Shown piece after piece: positions 27,278 to 40,921 of a DNA stretch of 64,000 bases. Origin of the DNA: Antedon mediterranea (Eukaryota; Animalia; Echinodermata). Every line of letters begins with the position of its first letter. The stretch's first letter is position 1. The stretch lies in contig NC_092675.1 in assembly GCF_964355755.1 (NCBI RefSeq), positions 28,554,912 through 28,618,911 on the forward strand. The letters are read 5' to 3'. A program made the position numbers and the translations under genes. Under the pieces are notes generated by a model. It saw nothing but the letters and a program-made list of their open reading frames with translations. It had not been told where the DNA came from and did not search any database.

Positions 27278-28079
27278 ATGGTCATCCTGCAGTGCATCAT
27301 ATTCTTGGTAGTTGGAGTCAATTTGTGTAGTTGTTCCACAAATGGTAAGATTGTTTTTATTTCTATATAATAAGGTAATATTGATATAGTTTGGAACAAT
27401 ATTTTGAAATGTATTTTGTTCTAAAACTGATGTGCTGATTTGATATGTATAGATGTTTTGTTGCACTTCAATTTTACCCATTTCACATTCAACATCACAA
27501 TAACCTGTAGACACACCTAAACACCTAAGTTTCTCCGCTAGAAATCAAGGAGAAATCACATTCAGGTCCATCCAATTAGTACTACATTTTTTTGTATTCA
27601 CCACGGGCAATGCTTCAGAAGTCAGTTTTTTTACTTTGATGATAAGGACAATTGTGGTTGGCGGAACTGGAACTTTATTAAACTGTCTGGAACTGGAAAT
27701 GTCTTTTGACAGTGTCGGTAAACGTAATACCGATATAAATAAACACCCGTTTTAATATCGTCACTACTCACATTGCAACCGTAACAAAATCAACAATTTT
27801 TTATTTTTTTTTATTTCAATCTTTGTTTTGAATGGCTTTTGTCTTTGTTAACGTTGACATAATGGCATAATTAAATGTTATTCTGAATTATGGAAGCCGT
27901 GAAACAGATGATATGTCGCAGGAAACGATCGATTATAACCAAAATTTGCAGAACGCTGATTCCTATCGTTCGTTCTTTTTAGCTTTTTGTCAAATCATAA
28001 TTTGAATATGTTCTGTCAAATTTGGCCTGGAAATATTTTAAGAGCTGGAATTAGTTTCCAGATCCACGCAAAGTGCGCA

Positions 28080-28349
28080 TTAAGAACAAACTTGCGTGTC
28101 CTCACAAGTGGGAACCGACGTGTTCAACACCGTTTATGCCTTACGTTAATCGTAATGATTCTCTCGTGAGGGGATGCAAAATAGAGTATTTTCTTATGTT
28201 GCGCGTCAATACGATACGTTGCGGCAGGATGTTTTTGTTAGCTTATTCGCTTGTGATTGCTAACTGTCTATAACTTCGCTTGTCATTGGTTAAAACGCTT
28301 GCGTTGCGTTTACGTCCTTGCGTTACGTTCTAGTGGGAACCAAGCTTTA
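28080..28349. mobile_element. PIF/Harbinger-like MITE end
   Basis: TTGCGTTGCGTT run ending CTAGTGGGAACCAAGCTTTA; left boundary uncertain. Confidence 0.4.
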
Positions 28350-30011
28350 GTTAGTGGTTCATACGTTGGTTAATGAAATATTTATTTTACTTTTTACATT
28401 TTTCTTCTTTACATATTACTGTCGCTTCACCAATCACACTAACCGATACTGATAATATTATTTGTCCATTATTATTACAAAAACATTTTTAAACTGGCGA
28501 ATAATTAAATCAGCAATACTGCAGTATAGGCTAAAATGGGGAAAATGTAAACGTTTAAAATACTATACAGAATAATTAAAGGAAAATAAATATCTTATTG
28601 TATTTATTCATACATTTTAGATAATATGCAAATATTATAGATAATAAACATAATATCAACATATTTAAATGCAAAAAAAAAAGGATCTCTTAGTTGTATT
28701 CACGCGTAGGCCTATATAACATTTTTTAAAACAAGTGTAAAATCTATGATACGGACACTTTTATAGGCTCTAAAATTAGCCTAAATAGGGCTATCGCAAT
28801 CCTTTACTTCTTATAATTTACATATTGTAGTTTATTTCTATACTTTTCTATACAATTTGGCTATGGTTTTAAATTGTAGGCATTGCATTCAATTCAATGC
28901 TCTGTGTGATGTCCTTCTTGTGCGTCCGTCGCCTTGCAAATAGCGCGATGTGTTTGTTCGTAAAACCATATCACATATTAACTCCATTGGAGAATACACG
29001 TGAGCTTGTTCATAGATAAAGTCATGTTTTTTGATAACATAACGATTAAAATCGAAATATTTTTTTAGAATCTGTAAATTCAAGGTGTTATCATCAGTTG
29101 TGTGTGATTTTGGTCCGATTTTGTGTACACTACCATTTCGTAGGCCGGGTCTTCGCTTTCGAGGTCTTCGGTCTTCGATCTTCGCTTTCGAGGTCTTCGC
29201 TTTCGACACACCCTCCTCACATAATCAATAATTGCTTTAATTTTATTTAGTGTAAGAGTTCGTATGAATAATGTTGACCTAATTGAATTTGCCTGACCTC
29301 TATGTTTGGGCGTCCGCAAAACAATGTTATTAAATTAAACCCAAAATACATGTAGATGGCAACAACCAACAAATAATTAGAAAAAAACAGGCATTTGGTG
29401 ACGATTTCATTTATTTATTTCATCCACTGCTACCAGCGGCCATTACAAACCCCCTGCTTTAAACAACAAAAGAACTGAAAACTGAACACACGCTACGCCG
29501 TGCATACACTTTTGTTCGTAACTAATTTACATAAAGGTGTCAGACAGAAGATAGAATTCATGCAACAATGCACAATCACATTAAACTATTCTTCTGAACA
29601 CCATACTATGATGAGACGCTGTGGACTAAATGAAAGTAGTGTAACCAGAAGATTAAATGTTTGTATATTAAGATGGACGATACCCACAAAAGAACAGAAG
29701 GATGCATTTTCAAAGTTAGCGGTTAGGAGTTTAAGATCCAATGGAATGTTAGAAAATCTCATGATTGTTGTAAACTTGTTGGTGTCTTTCATAGAAACGG
29801 CAACATTTTGGGCTGGAATACCAAATGAAATTAATTAAGGATTAAGATGGAATTCTAATTCAGTCATTATATTACTTGGAATTCGTTTTAACACTAGTGT
29901 TTTTATTGTTTCTATTGAATCATACGAAAATCGGCTGGAATCAGGGAGTTGTTTGGAGTAATTGATGTACAGCGATGATGAGGTCATTGATTAATAGTTT
30001 TACATTTTTAG

Positions 30012-30125
30012 GAACTGACTTGTGTAACAGCAATCCATGTCAGAATGGAGGTACATGCCACATGTCATACAGTAGGCCTACGTGTGTTTGTCCTGAAAAA
30101 CATTTTGGTCTTCAGTGTGAACTCG
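30012..30125 (+). CDS. EGF-like domain exon of an LRR receptor-like gene
   Basis: TDLCNSNPCQNGGTCHMSYSRPTCVCPEKHFGLQCEL; TTTTTAG/GTAAG, phase 1-1. Confidence 0.85.
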
Positions 30126-30673
30126 GTAAGTTTAAATAACCGTAAATTAATTATGGTATTTGTTGGTTAACTTGGCTCCAAATATTAATTCTTTTGAAAC
30201 GTGTAATTATAGCCATGGAATTTTCATCTATAGAAATGAAACTAAAATATATAAATTAATGAGTGTTCATATTTTAACTTTTTTTTCTCTCTTTTGTGGC
30301 TTTCATCACTACTTTTGTTTATATTAACTTCAAAAAGGTCAATACATTATTTCAATATCTAATATCATATTCGTTGTTTTTCTGATTTTTTTTCATCTAA
30401 ATATTTTCAATATGTATTATGTGTGAATATGATCAAGAACAATTTAATAAATATAGTATGTTCCTAGAATTGTTTCGTTTATATTTCTTTCTGTAATAGC
30501 CACCTTTTTTCATAATTACTAATATTCTTCTATATTTCTGTCTTATTTTAAACAAGGCAATAGGCCTATATTGTCTTGTTTTAATGTTTTTTTGCTCAAT
30601 TTTTCTCTGGCTAAGAAAAAAAATATCAACACTAATACAAATCCTTATTTTAAAATATGTGTTTAAACCACAG

Positions 30674-30797
30674 AATGCCCAACTGATTGCAAATTTTATG
30701 GATTGGCCGATATTGAGTGTGTGAGGAAAAAATTGCCATTGAATGACATAGCAGCATTTATAATTAAGATGAATAATTATAAACCAATAGAAAGGAT
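30674..30797 (+). CDS. LRRNT-like exon
   Basis: ECPTDCKFYGLADIECVRKKLPL...PIERM; CAG/GTAAGT, phase 1-2. Confidence 0.7.
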
Positions 30798-31161
30798 GTA
30801 AGTAAACAGTGCAAATTTAATATTGACATTCCTATGTAATCATGACACCTTAATAGCCAATCGACAAATATAATCTTCTTCGTAAAGACTTTAGTTAATG
30901 AATTGTGTTTTCGAAATCATTTAGAAAGTGGCCGGATGTAGAGCATTCTTTTATCACAGGAGTTCCCATTAACTATGAAGATAAAGAATATATTTATAGT
31001 TTAATAAGTTATGTTGTTTATTTTGTTTTAATGATCATTTAAGAAGGTAAATTCATTCATATCACTTTTTCATATTATTCAAAATCACAAATGACAGTAA
31101 CAAAACTGAATTGCAATTGTAAATTGTTTATGATTTAATATAGCTATTTTATTACTCATAG

Positions 31162-31233
31162 GGTACTGGGAGGCTATGATGAGAGGGTTTTAAGCATTTT
31201 TAAGGCTAATAATTCATCAAGTCTTCAAGCATT
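31162..31233 (+). CDS. 72-nt LRR exon
   Basis: Exactly 72 nt, phase 2-2, VLGGYDERVLSIFKANNSSSLQAL; TAG/GTAAGT; typical one-LRR-per-exon layout. Confidence 0.65.
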
Positions 31234-31596
31234 GTAAGTTCACAATTTACCTATAGTGCACGGTTTTTATTTCCTCCACTTGTTGAAATTTACAAGTGGA
31301 GAAATATGTGTTGTTTTTTCTTCAAATTATTATTACTAGCTTCGCTCGCGTACCATAGGGTCGTCCACAGATGCTTCTCGAATACATATATTTCAGCGTT
31401 AAAAAAATGGCCATTTCAACGTACCGCAGGACAATTATACATGTAATTTACAATAACGAATAACTAAACACGGTGATTTATGTACTCAACTAAAATTAGC
31501 ACCATTGGAATTACTTCCACATCTGCCTACAGCCATGCAACAGGAACGGAAAAGGCTCATTCCAATCCGAAACAAGCTGATAGACAGTGGGAAGAA

Positions 31597-34500
31597 TACG
31601 GGGCGCCGTATGGGACATTGCTAATTTTGTCGAAATATTACAATTTTGTCTACACAAAATACATTTTGTCAATACAAAATTCATTTTGTCAACACAAAAT
31701 TCATTTTGTATTGACAAAATTCATTTTGTGTTGACAAATTTATTCTGTGTGGACAAAATTAATTTTGTCTTGACAAAATTAATTTTGTCTTGACAAAATT
31801 AATTTTGTCTTGACAAAATTAATTTTGTCTTGACAAAATTAATTTTGTCTCGACAAAATTAATTCTGTGTAAACAAAATTCATTCTGTGTAGACAAAATT
31901 AATTCTGTGTTGACAAAATTAATTCTGTGTAGACAAAATTCATTCTGTAACAACAAAATTCATTTTGTGGCGACAAAATTCATTCTGTAACGACAAAATT
32001 CATTTTGTGGCGACAAAATGTATTCTGTGTAGACAAAATTTATTCTGTGTAGACAAAATTCATTCTGTGTAGACAAAATTCATTCTGTGTAGACAAAATT
32101 CATTTTTTGCAACAAAATTCATTTTGTCGCGACAAAATGAATTTTGTTAGCCGAGCCTACTCAAGCGTGGGATGGACAAAACGTTTTAACATTTAAATTA
32201 GAAGGCGGGGTTGTTATTGGAAACTCGAAGATTGACAGTTATAGGCCTACGATCAAACAGCGGGCGAATATCATTTTACGACCTCCTCTACACCGGTGCC
32301 AAAAAAATGGTTAATAGGTAAAGGAATTTAAATTAATTTATCTACCGTGAGTAAAAGCAAACTAATTAAGCAACAGTCTAATATTGGACTTGAATACTTT
32401 GCGTCGAGTATAAGTACAGTTTATACTGACGTATAACAATATTATTGTATACTTAAAATTAATTCCGATTCAGAAAAACGGCCCTATATGCCTACCAATT
32501 TTGGTAATAAATATTAAAGATGGTTGAAGACTTATATCGATACCGATAATATTGATTAACAAAATGACAACACTATTTACGATAACATCTGATAAGTTGA
32601 GTAGTAATGAAATGATTTTAGTTAATACATTTATTTTAATATAATAGTTAGTATAGGCCTATTTATTCTTATGGGAATTGCGTCGTCTATATAGGCCTAC
32701 CAAGTTTATTTGATAGGAATACTAAATTGCTAATAGGCCTAACTCAAGGGAACAAAACTATGATATATCTCTTAAGACAATTAGAGACAATTAATATAAT
32801 ATTAATTGTCTCTAATTGGAATAATAGAGATATCTTTATTGAAAAGATATCTTGGTTATAAACAGGGATATATCTATTGGAATCTAAGATCTATATTGTA
32901 AACTAACTACATCTATTAAAAACTAAGATATTTTAGTTGCCTAAACTAAATAAATGACAGTTTGGTACGCCATAGATTATGATATTGCAAATTGTCGTTA
33001 AAAAGTTAAATTTAATTTCAAATTTACGTTTAACTATTAATTTTACTCTCGGTTGCATATTATTATATATTTACACCCTCGAAAGATATAATTCAACTTT
33101 GACCAAATAGTTATATGGGTGTTCACACAACTGACATATGGCGCCTCTCAAGTATCCATTCCCATGGCAGTGTATATAACCTTTCCACCTTCTCCACCTT
33201 CTCCATGGTTGATTTTAATTATCATACATTGCTAAGTGCAAATAATTGTTTATAGGTTTACATTGTTCTTTGTACTTTTAATGTACGTATTCAGTCTTTG
33301 GCTGGCTTGATAAGATTGATGTTAAATAAAAATGCATTTATTGAGAGAGTATCGTAATTTCGGGCAGAATGGTTTTCGGTCTGGAAAGGTCATTATTACA
33401 CTGTCTGGGGTGTTGATATTTATACATCGAATGTTTTATGGGCAATCAGTCCTGAACCTAGCCAACGTAGGCTACCTGGCCTACTTACTACTGTAGGTTA
33501 AAGGTTATTAGGTTTCGCAGGGTGGATGACTGTTATAATAAAACTAACGTGAGCAATCTTTTGTAGTCAGTTCTTTAAATGTTTTTTTTTTCAAATAACG
33601 GACAGCTTTCAGCATCATTATTTCTGCAATGATTATTATTATCTTAAAGATATATTGTCCCCTGAAAAAAATGTTTTTTTAAATCTTTTTGTTGAATATG
33701 TTATTTTAATGTCACATAATAGTTATTCACTTTCACAAAAAATTGGGTCTGATAAAAAATGATTTACCTGAAAAAACTGTAATTTAAAGCAAAAATGGTC
33801 AAATTGTCTGGAAGCCAATGAGTTTTTGGGTAATTTAACTGTTTATTTTGTCTTTTTATAGGTGAAATAATTTTTTCCCCGTTCTTTTTTCTTATGGAAG
33901 TGAACAACTTCATTAAAACTGCATAATGGCCTTTTCAAAGTCCGATTTTAAAAATCTTTATTTTTCATGATTTTGGGAGACAATACATCTTTAATTTTAA
34001 AATAAAGTATATACATTTTATAAGATTAATAAATAATATTTTAAACGACAAAATATTAAATAGCCCCATTACTACAATTTACTTAAGTAATAAGCAGGGC
34101 TCTAATGAAAACCATTTTTCGATTTTTTAATATAGAATACATTATAATAATAATTATTACTGACGACGTAGATATTAAATTGTCAAAGTATGAATACTGA
34201 TCATATCTGATATTTTCAGGGGTCCCTGATATTATAAAATAGATTAATATGATAGCAATAGAGACGGAGGCATGCTCAACCATAATAACTGAACCAATAA
34301 CAAATGTCAAAGATTCGCGCGCTGTCAGCTTCACCCTGTCTTGCCTTTTTCAAACTCCGCCTTCTAATTTAAATGTTAAAACCGAGCCTACTCAAGCGTG
34401 GGACAAAATGTTTTAAAAAACGTTTTGTCCCACGCTTGAGTAGGCTAGGCTAACAAAATTAATTTTGTCGCAACAAAATTCATTTTGTCTACACGGAATG

Positions 34501-34984
34501 AATTTTGTCTACACAGAATAAATGTTGTCTACACAGAATACATTTTGTCGCCACAAAATGAATTTTGTCGTTACAGAATGAATTTTGTCTACACAGAATG
34601 AATTTTGTCCACACAGAATTAATTTTGTCTACACAAAATGAATTTTGTCGTTACAGAATGAATTTTGTCGCCACAAAATGAATTTTGTCGTTACAGAATG
34701 AATTTTGTCTACACAGAATTAATTTTGTCAACACAGAATTAATTTTGTCTACACAGAATTAATTTTGTCTACACAGAATGAATTTTGTTTACACAGAATT
34801 AATTTTGTAGAGAGAAAATGAATTTTGTCCACACAGAATAAATTTTGTCAACACAAAATGAATTTTGTCAATACAAAATGAATTTTGTGTTGACAAAATG
34901 AATTTTGTATTGACAAATTAATTATGTGTAGACAAAATTGTAATATTTCGACAAAATTAGCAATGTCCCAAACGGCGCTCCGTA
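31597..34984. mobile_element. Foldback DNA element (IS3EU-like) with ~600-bp TIRs of 20-bp tandem repeats
   Basis: TACGGGGCGCCGTATGGGACATTGCTAATTTT inverted at 34953-34984; (GACAAAATTCATTCTGTGTA)n arrays at ~31640-32147 and ~34450-34940. Confidence 0.8.
33648..33990. mobile_element. Kolobok-like MITE nested in the foldback element
   Basis: TTAA flanks; TIR AGATATATTGTCCCC / GGGAGACAATACATCT; related fragment near 18720-18872. Confidence 0.7.
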
Positions 34985-35235
34985 TTACGGGACCTCTAAT
35001 TCATAGGTCCATGCAATAAGTATCACATTTTTCGGGTGGCCGCTTACGGGAGGTCATTTATCATACAAAAAATCTCATTTTTAGTATAAAAAGGTGCCCG
35101 CAGCTGCTTACGGGAGGTGGCCGCTTACGGTAGGTTCCAAATGCACTAATTAGATAGGAAGAACAAACAGGCTTTTCAAAGTTTGTTCGTTAAGGGAGGT
35201 GGCCGCTTATATTACGGGAGGTGCCCGCTGTAAAT
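34985..35235. mobile_element. pogo/Tc1-like MITE fragment
   Basis: Repeated GTGGCCGCTTACGGGAGGT motifs. Confidence 0.45.
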
Positions 35236-36071
35236 AAAATATGGGGTTTTCATGAATGAAAATAATCACAGAAGAAAGTCCTTACGAATATGACCTTGTG
35301 AAATGGTAATTTGAAAATGCTAATAAGGCATGTTTGTTAATAATCTACAAATTTAAATTTGTATAAGATAAGTATGAAAAATCTAAAGAATATCTCAATT
35401 TTAGTTACCATAGTAACTGTTGCTATGCATTACTAAGGGAAATTAAATAATTATCAGATAATTATTAATTAATAATTACTACTTTGTGGTTATTGTCGGG
35501 GTAAGGGGGGGGGGTTGTAGTCGGAAGTGGTGGTGGATGGGCATGTGGGATCTGTTTAGGTTAGCAAATAAAAGAAGTAAAAAAATGAAAGAGGAGCTTC
35601 AAAATAAGAGAGGCGTAATCTGTTGCAAAGGTTAAAATTCACAACGATATGATAATTTATTCAAATTTCCAGAGGATATAACCTATAAAATGATATTAAA
35701 ACTGGGAATTACAGAATCTATAATTTAAAATATTGGTTTTTTTTCTCACAACACAACTAGAACTATATAAAACATTAAGAATTTTTCTGACCAATGAGTT
35801 TCAAATCAGATAATCAAAGAAAATAAAATGTTTTTACTAATATACCATGTTTTTTTAAAATAAAAATGCCTATGTTTCTCGCAACACTTTTATGTGTTAT
35901 AAATAAACGTATATCAAATCTATCAAAATAGTATTTTTTAAAGAAAATCGGCATGTCTTCAACATATGAGGCTGTACTGGAGCTGTTCAACCGGGTTTCA
36001 GCTATTAAAAACAATTATCGTAGGAGGAGATTGGAAAATGCGAAGCATCCTCGTATTATTGTGTGCGGATA

Positions 36072-36915
36072 TTTTTAGTCGCGTGGAAGCGACTCTATAG
36101 TTCACTATGTCGGTCGGTTCCTTATGGCCAGGAATCAATGTGGTTATGTTTTCACGGTGCGCAATAAAAAATTACGCGGTCTACGCACGATTTAACGAAA
36201 TCACGTTTGTAATCATATCTTCACAACCATGAATCACAATTAAATAAAATTTGGTACTCATAAATTTCAGGGCATAAATCATCATATGGCAATACAATTA
36301 CGTGCGTAGCGCATGTAACGCATGAGTAAGCGCGCTTAAAATTTTCAAAATTTATTTTCGATGAAATAAGAGTACGTTTCAGGCAATTTTAAGCGTTTAC
36401 AAAATTGCCATGAGTGCGCATATTTTTGCGCGCGCACTGCGCGTTAAATGTTTTGCGCACTCTTTTTGCCCGATTTCTGTTTTCTTGAGTTACTTTTCAA
36501 CTCGAAATTACGTTATACGAGCACGTCAAAAGTGACAGGCTACGCACGTGTAAATTAAAAAAATATAAATGTTTTTAAACATTTCAACATTTTTAAACAT
36601 GTTCAGTAATTTCGGTCAGTATAGTTCACTATGTCGGTCGGTCGGTCTGTCCGATTTGCCCGATTTCTGTTTTCTTGAGTTACTTTTCAACTCGAAATTA
36701 CGTTATACGAGCACGTCAAAAGTGACAGGCTACGCACGTGTAAATTAAAAAAATATAAATGTTTTTAAACATTTCAACATTTTTAAACATGTTCAGTAAT
36801 TTCGGTCAGTATAGTTCACTATGTCGGTCGGTCGGTCTGTCGGTCTGTCGGTCTGTCTGTCGGTCCGGTATCACTATGCATTGTAGCACGCGACTTAATG
36901 GCTGTTGGCCTTGTT
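36072..36915 (+). mobile_element. Helentron-associated (HINE/DINE-1-like) element with internal ~190-bp duplication
   Basis: AGTCGCGTG...CACGCGACT sub-terminal inverted repeats, (GTCG/GTCT)n, GGCCTTGTT end. Confidence 0.65.
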
Positions 36916-37152
36916 CAAGATGGATATCCATTAGACAGTGTATACAACGATCGAAAAACACCCCTATTTGGGGCAAATCGTTGAACCTAAATTCGTTTTA
37001 ATCTTCAATAACTAATTATCTAACTCAATTTAATTAGTAAACAGAGTTACATAAGGTGGTTAAAATCAGTACCGAAAGTATGAACCAACTTTATATACCA
37101 TCGAGTAAAAATTCTAGAATTTTTCCCTTACGTAGATTTATATATAGATTAT

Positions 37153-37410
37153 GAGGGCGTGTGTCGTAGTGTGTTGAACATTGATTACTGATCGTGAGAT
37201 CGTGATTCTAATCCAACTTTCTCCGCATTGCTTTTATCCTAAGCAAGACCTTACTTGCATATGCCTCTCTCTACCCAGGTTTATAATGGGTACTCAGTAC
37301 TTAAATGGAAGTAATGGAAGTGTATGTCTATACGTGTTTGATCCCAAAAATGACCGGGGTAATGCTGCTGCAGCGCATTGAGAGCTTGCTTATATGCGCC
37401 ATATAAGAAT
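37153..37410 (+). mobile_element. Degenerate tRNA-derived SINE (Deu-like core, L2-like tail)
   Basis: CTCTCTACCCAGGTTTATAATGGGTAC core; GCAGCGCATTGAG...GCGCCATATAAG tail. Confidence 0.5.
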
Positions 37411-38248
37411 TGTTATATATTGTGCTCTGGGAATGAATGATTAGACTAAGTATTTCACTGAGAAATCAGACCATGTGCTAATGTTCAGCCATCTTGTAGA
37501 ACTCCTTTATTAGTCTCCAATCCAGTCGTTAAATTGCTAATATGAATATATTACATTACTTCCTTCTTTTAAAATTGAGTCAAGTGATACAGGTATTGGT
37601 TTTGTAAAATACAGTATTAATTATAGTATGGCTATCTAACATAACATTCTAAAACTAAGTAACAATAAACATAGGCCCTGATGCATATAACAAAAACAAT
37701 ATCTTCTAGATTTAAATTAACTATATAATGATTACATCTTATTTCCCTTTTCCTTTCTCTCTCTTTACATCAGATGTGGTATCCAACATCATGTGATTAG
37801 GATGTATTATTTTAACTAATCGTCCTATTTTAACTTCATACTTTCTTGGACCTAATACCTTTATTACTATGCCATTTAGCCATTTGTCTTGTCCTTTACC
37901 TTATGTTCTCATGTTTTTCACTTTTACTTTGTCTGACACTGAAAAGATTCTTTCTGATTGTGTTTTAGGATCTTTATGTAGTTTTTGGCTATATTGTTTA
38001 CATTCTATTCGTTCTGCTAAACTAGGATTTACTAATGACAGTCTTGTTCTTAAATTTCTTTTCAGAAATAATTCAGATGGTGTACACTTAGTAGTTGTAT
38101 GAGGTGTCATTCTGTATCTGAATAAAAAGTTAGCTAGTCTAACTTTGATATTATCCTTTTTGCCTTCAATCACTTGTTTTGTTAACGCCTCTTTAATGAC
38201 ACTAACCCAGTGGTCGCGCCAAGGGGGGGGGGGGGGGCGGTGGCTTAC

Positions 38249-38908
38249 GCACCTGCCTTTCTTGTATTTTGACTCCAAATTTGTTGACTAACTTTATCCT
38301 AAATACCAAACTTTAAAATTAGGACTTATAAGTACTTTCAGAAGGAGAACCACATAATAACAAATAAATAAATCCTTTAAATTTATGATTTTACAGACGT
38401 TTCTTTGTATACTGTAATGTAACTCCTCGAGCTCCCCATGCTCAATGTTTTTGTTTCTATGGAGCGCCAAAAGAGCAACAATAATAGTACAAGTATAAAA
38501 ACAGAAAGAAAACGAAACAAAAAAACTTATCATGATTTTTAAGTTAAAATTTATTTGCCAGTATTTATTTCTTCGTACTTGCATGATTATACTATTATCA
38601 TTACAATTTTAATTTTACATTGTTCCATCCACACTGTAGATGGACTCCAACAGAGTTTTCAGCCCTCTATGTAATTTTTGCTCTTTTGACGTTCCATAGA
38701 AACAAAAACATTGAGCATGGGGAGCTCGAGGAGTTACATTACAGTATACTGCTAATAGTGTACTGTAGGCTAGTCATTTTGTGTGCGAGAATCATCAATT
38801 TAAAAATGTATGTGTTACTTTTTATGTGATTCCTTTTCATGAAAGTGCCAATTCTAAGGTGTGGTATTCAGAATAAATGTTGGGAGTTAAAATACAAGGC
38901 AGGTGCGA
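38249..38908. repeat. Foldback (long inverted repeat) inside the hAT element
   Basis: 38408-38478 is a near-perfect inverse of 38678-38749; looser symmetry out to GCACCTGCCTT / AAGGCAGGTGC. Confidence 0.7.
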
Positions 38909-39009
38909 AAGATGAATATTTGTAATCTCAGGTCTTGGGTCTTAGCTTTCGTGATCTTAGGTCTTAGGGGGTCCTAGCTTTCGTGGTCTTAGGTTTCGTG
39001 ACACCCCAT

Positions 39010-39478
39010 TAGCTAGGTACGCACTTGTCTGGCGGTATCCCTTTGTACGAATCGTTCAACGTTGGGTCGAGACGCGTGATATCAAGTTCCATACAGGGAC
39101 CAAAATGTGTAATGTAGTTATTTTCCAGGCGAAGTTTACCGACGGTTACCGAAGGGAACACGGGTACTTTTTGTCGGGGAATATAATATACAGTAAAAAG
39201 CGTTCGCGTTCACTTCGTAGCTAGCTTCAGCGCCTAGAAAACCGCGACGTTTCATTGACCGTGAGAGTACGTCAGAGTGATATTATGCACTTTATATGCA
39301 TTCATTATTGCCAGCGACCTAACTTACTACTAAACAATAGCTAGGTTCGCACTTGTCTGGCGGTATCCCTTTGTACGAATCGTTCAACGTTGGGTCGAGA
39401 CGCGTGATATCATGTTCCATCCAGGGACCAAAATGTGTACTGTAGTTATTTTCCAGGCGAAGTTTACTGACGGTTACG
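39010..39478. repeat. ~140-bp direct duplication
   Basis: 39010-39149 repeated at 39338-39478. Confidence 0.85.
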
Positions 39479-39540
39479 TCGTGTACTGCGTCGACGTACG
39501 CTACACTACAGCAAAAACGAATTATGTTAATTGTTCGTAT

Positions 39541-40037
39541 TGTAACGGATTCTTCACTTGTTGTAGGTTGTTCGTCTGTCGGTCAGGCCGTCAGAGTCGC
39601 TATACGGAACGAGGAAAATAAAACTACATACACACATAAATTGGAGTCTTTCATTTATTTCTTCAAACCTGTCAGGCAACCTTCCACCATAAATCAAGAA
39701 ACAAATAAGTAGAGTAAACGGTCCCACCGGGTATCGGTAATTAATTAGGCCTGCCCCCTACTGGGCGTCTCGGAACACAGCCGAGCTCCACTATAATCCA
39801 CAATTATAGAATTACTACAGGTCCTACCTTCCACCGTACCGATCTCCCAAATATCTTCTATTAACTTTAAAAACACGTCTACCTCACTTGAAACCCGAGC
39901 TAAGACTAACTACATTGGGCGAATCATGGCCATCACATGGCCGTTCCCCATCTATTTCCACCAGCCAATCGGCTTCCATACAGAAGTAGGCCCGGTCGAT
40001 TATCAAAATGGGGTGGCACCACACCTAATTCATTACA
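39541..40037 (-). repeat. Gypsy B 3' LTR
   Basis: 497-bp direct repeat adjacent to the PPT at 40038-40050. Confidence 0.95.
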
Positions 40038-40333
40038 CTGCCCCCCTCTCAGACGTATCGGTCCCTCGATACTCCAATTCCATAAGACAACTCCATATAA
40101 ATATCTATTTTTAACAACAACTTTACAAAAATACAACATAAGTGGTATAAAAGTTAACAAACTAAAATCAAATCATTCATACATCTTATCAATTTTAGAG
40201 TCATTATTATCATATAGTTCAATCAGTAAAAGTTATTCATTGTACAATTCCGAGAGTTCAATCAACAAACATCATACGCATCAATCTCATAAATAATCAG
40301 AGTTAAATTACTGCCTCATAACTTAAATAATCA

Positions 40334-40921
40334 TCATTCTTCAAGGGTGTATACTCGGGTCGTGATTACTTCTCTCCACTTCTCTCCCTTCCTATACTGG
40401 ATCTCTTGAACAGTCTCTCGGACACTCTGCACCTTCCCTTCTTTCAAAAGCTTAGTTAAATTAACGAGTGTGCGGGCGGTCCCCATAGGCTCCTCCACTG
40501 CCTCGGCCTCACTTCCACTACCCTCCTCACGACAACACACCGCATCATCCGCCCCCAACAACCTCAACAGATTTCGGGGCTTCCCGGACGGGACCGGAAT
40601 CGGCGCCTCCTCTGCTTTCGCCTCGGGTCTAAAGAGAGAATCAGATCCGGGTGTTGTGATGAGGGCATCTCCAGGCACCTCCGGTTCCTTCATCGGTTCA
40701 CTGGCCACGTCGCCCTTTCGGAAAACTCGCTCCGGCGTCCTCCTCTGGCGGTGGAACCTATCGAAGTGTCGGCGACGTGCGTCGGTGGAAGAAAACTTTG
40801 CAGTGCAATGTCGGCATCGAAACTCGTCTCGGTGTTCATTTTCCTTATGTCGTCTCAAGGTCCGGCCATCAATAAAACGAGCTGAGCAACGCTCACAACT
40901 AAATTTCTGGACATGCTTCAT
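40334..40921 (-). CDS. Gypsy B ORF3: two-finger C2H2 zinc-finger protein
   Basis: CERCSARFIDGRTLRRHKENEH and CRHCTAKFSSTDARRRHFDRFH (C-x2-C-x12-H-x4-H); between the pol stop and the PPT; pyrimidine tract and TAG directly before the ATG. Confidence 0.8.
   Translation of the reverse strand: MKHVQKFSCERCSARFIDGRTLRRHKENEHRDEFRCRHCTAKFSSTDARRRHFDRFHRQRRTPERVFRKGDVASEPMKEPEVPGDALITTPGSDSLFRPEAKAEEAPIPVPSGKPRNLLRLLGADDAVCCREEGSGSEAEAVEEPMGTARTLVNLTKLLKEGKVQSVRETVQEIQYRKGEKWREVITTRVYTLEE

Noticed and set aside
27233-27514. 93-aa minus-strand ORF
   Set aside because: No recognisable domain or consistent splice sites; it ends in a tandem repeat.
29500-29838. 112-aa ORF as the first exon of the EGF-LRR gene
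   Set aside because: No suitable phase-1 donor and no recognisable motif.
35404-35417. RFX X-box GTTACCATAGTAAC as a ciliary enhancer for CAPSL
   Set aside because: 16 kb from the CAPSL start, among repeats; such palindromes are common in transposon debris.
40334-40921. env gene
   Set aside because: No signal peptide, TM helix or fusion-peptide pattern; only C2H2 fingers.
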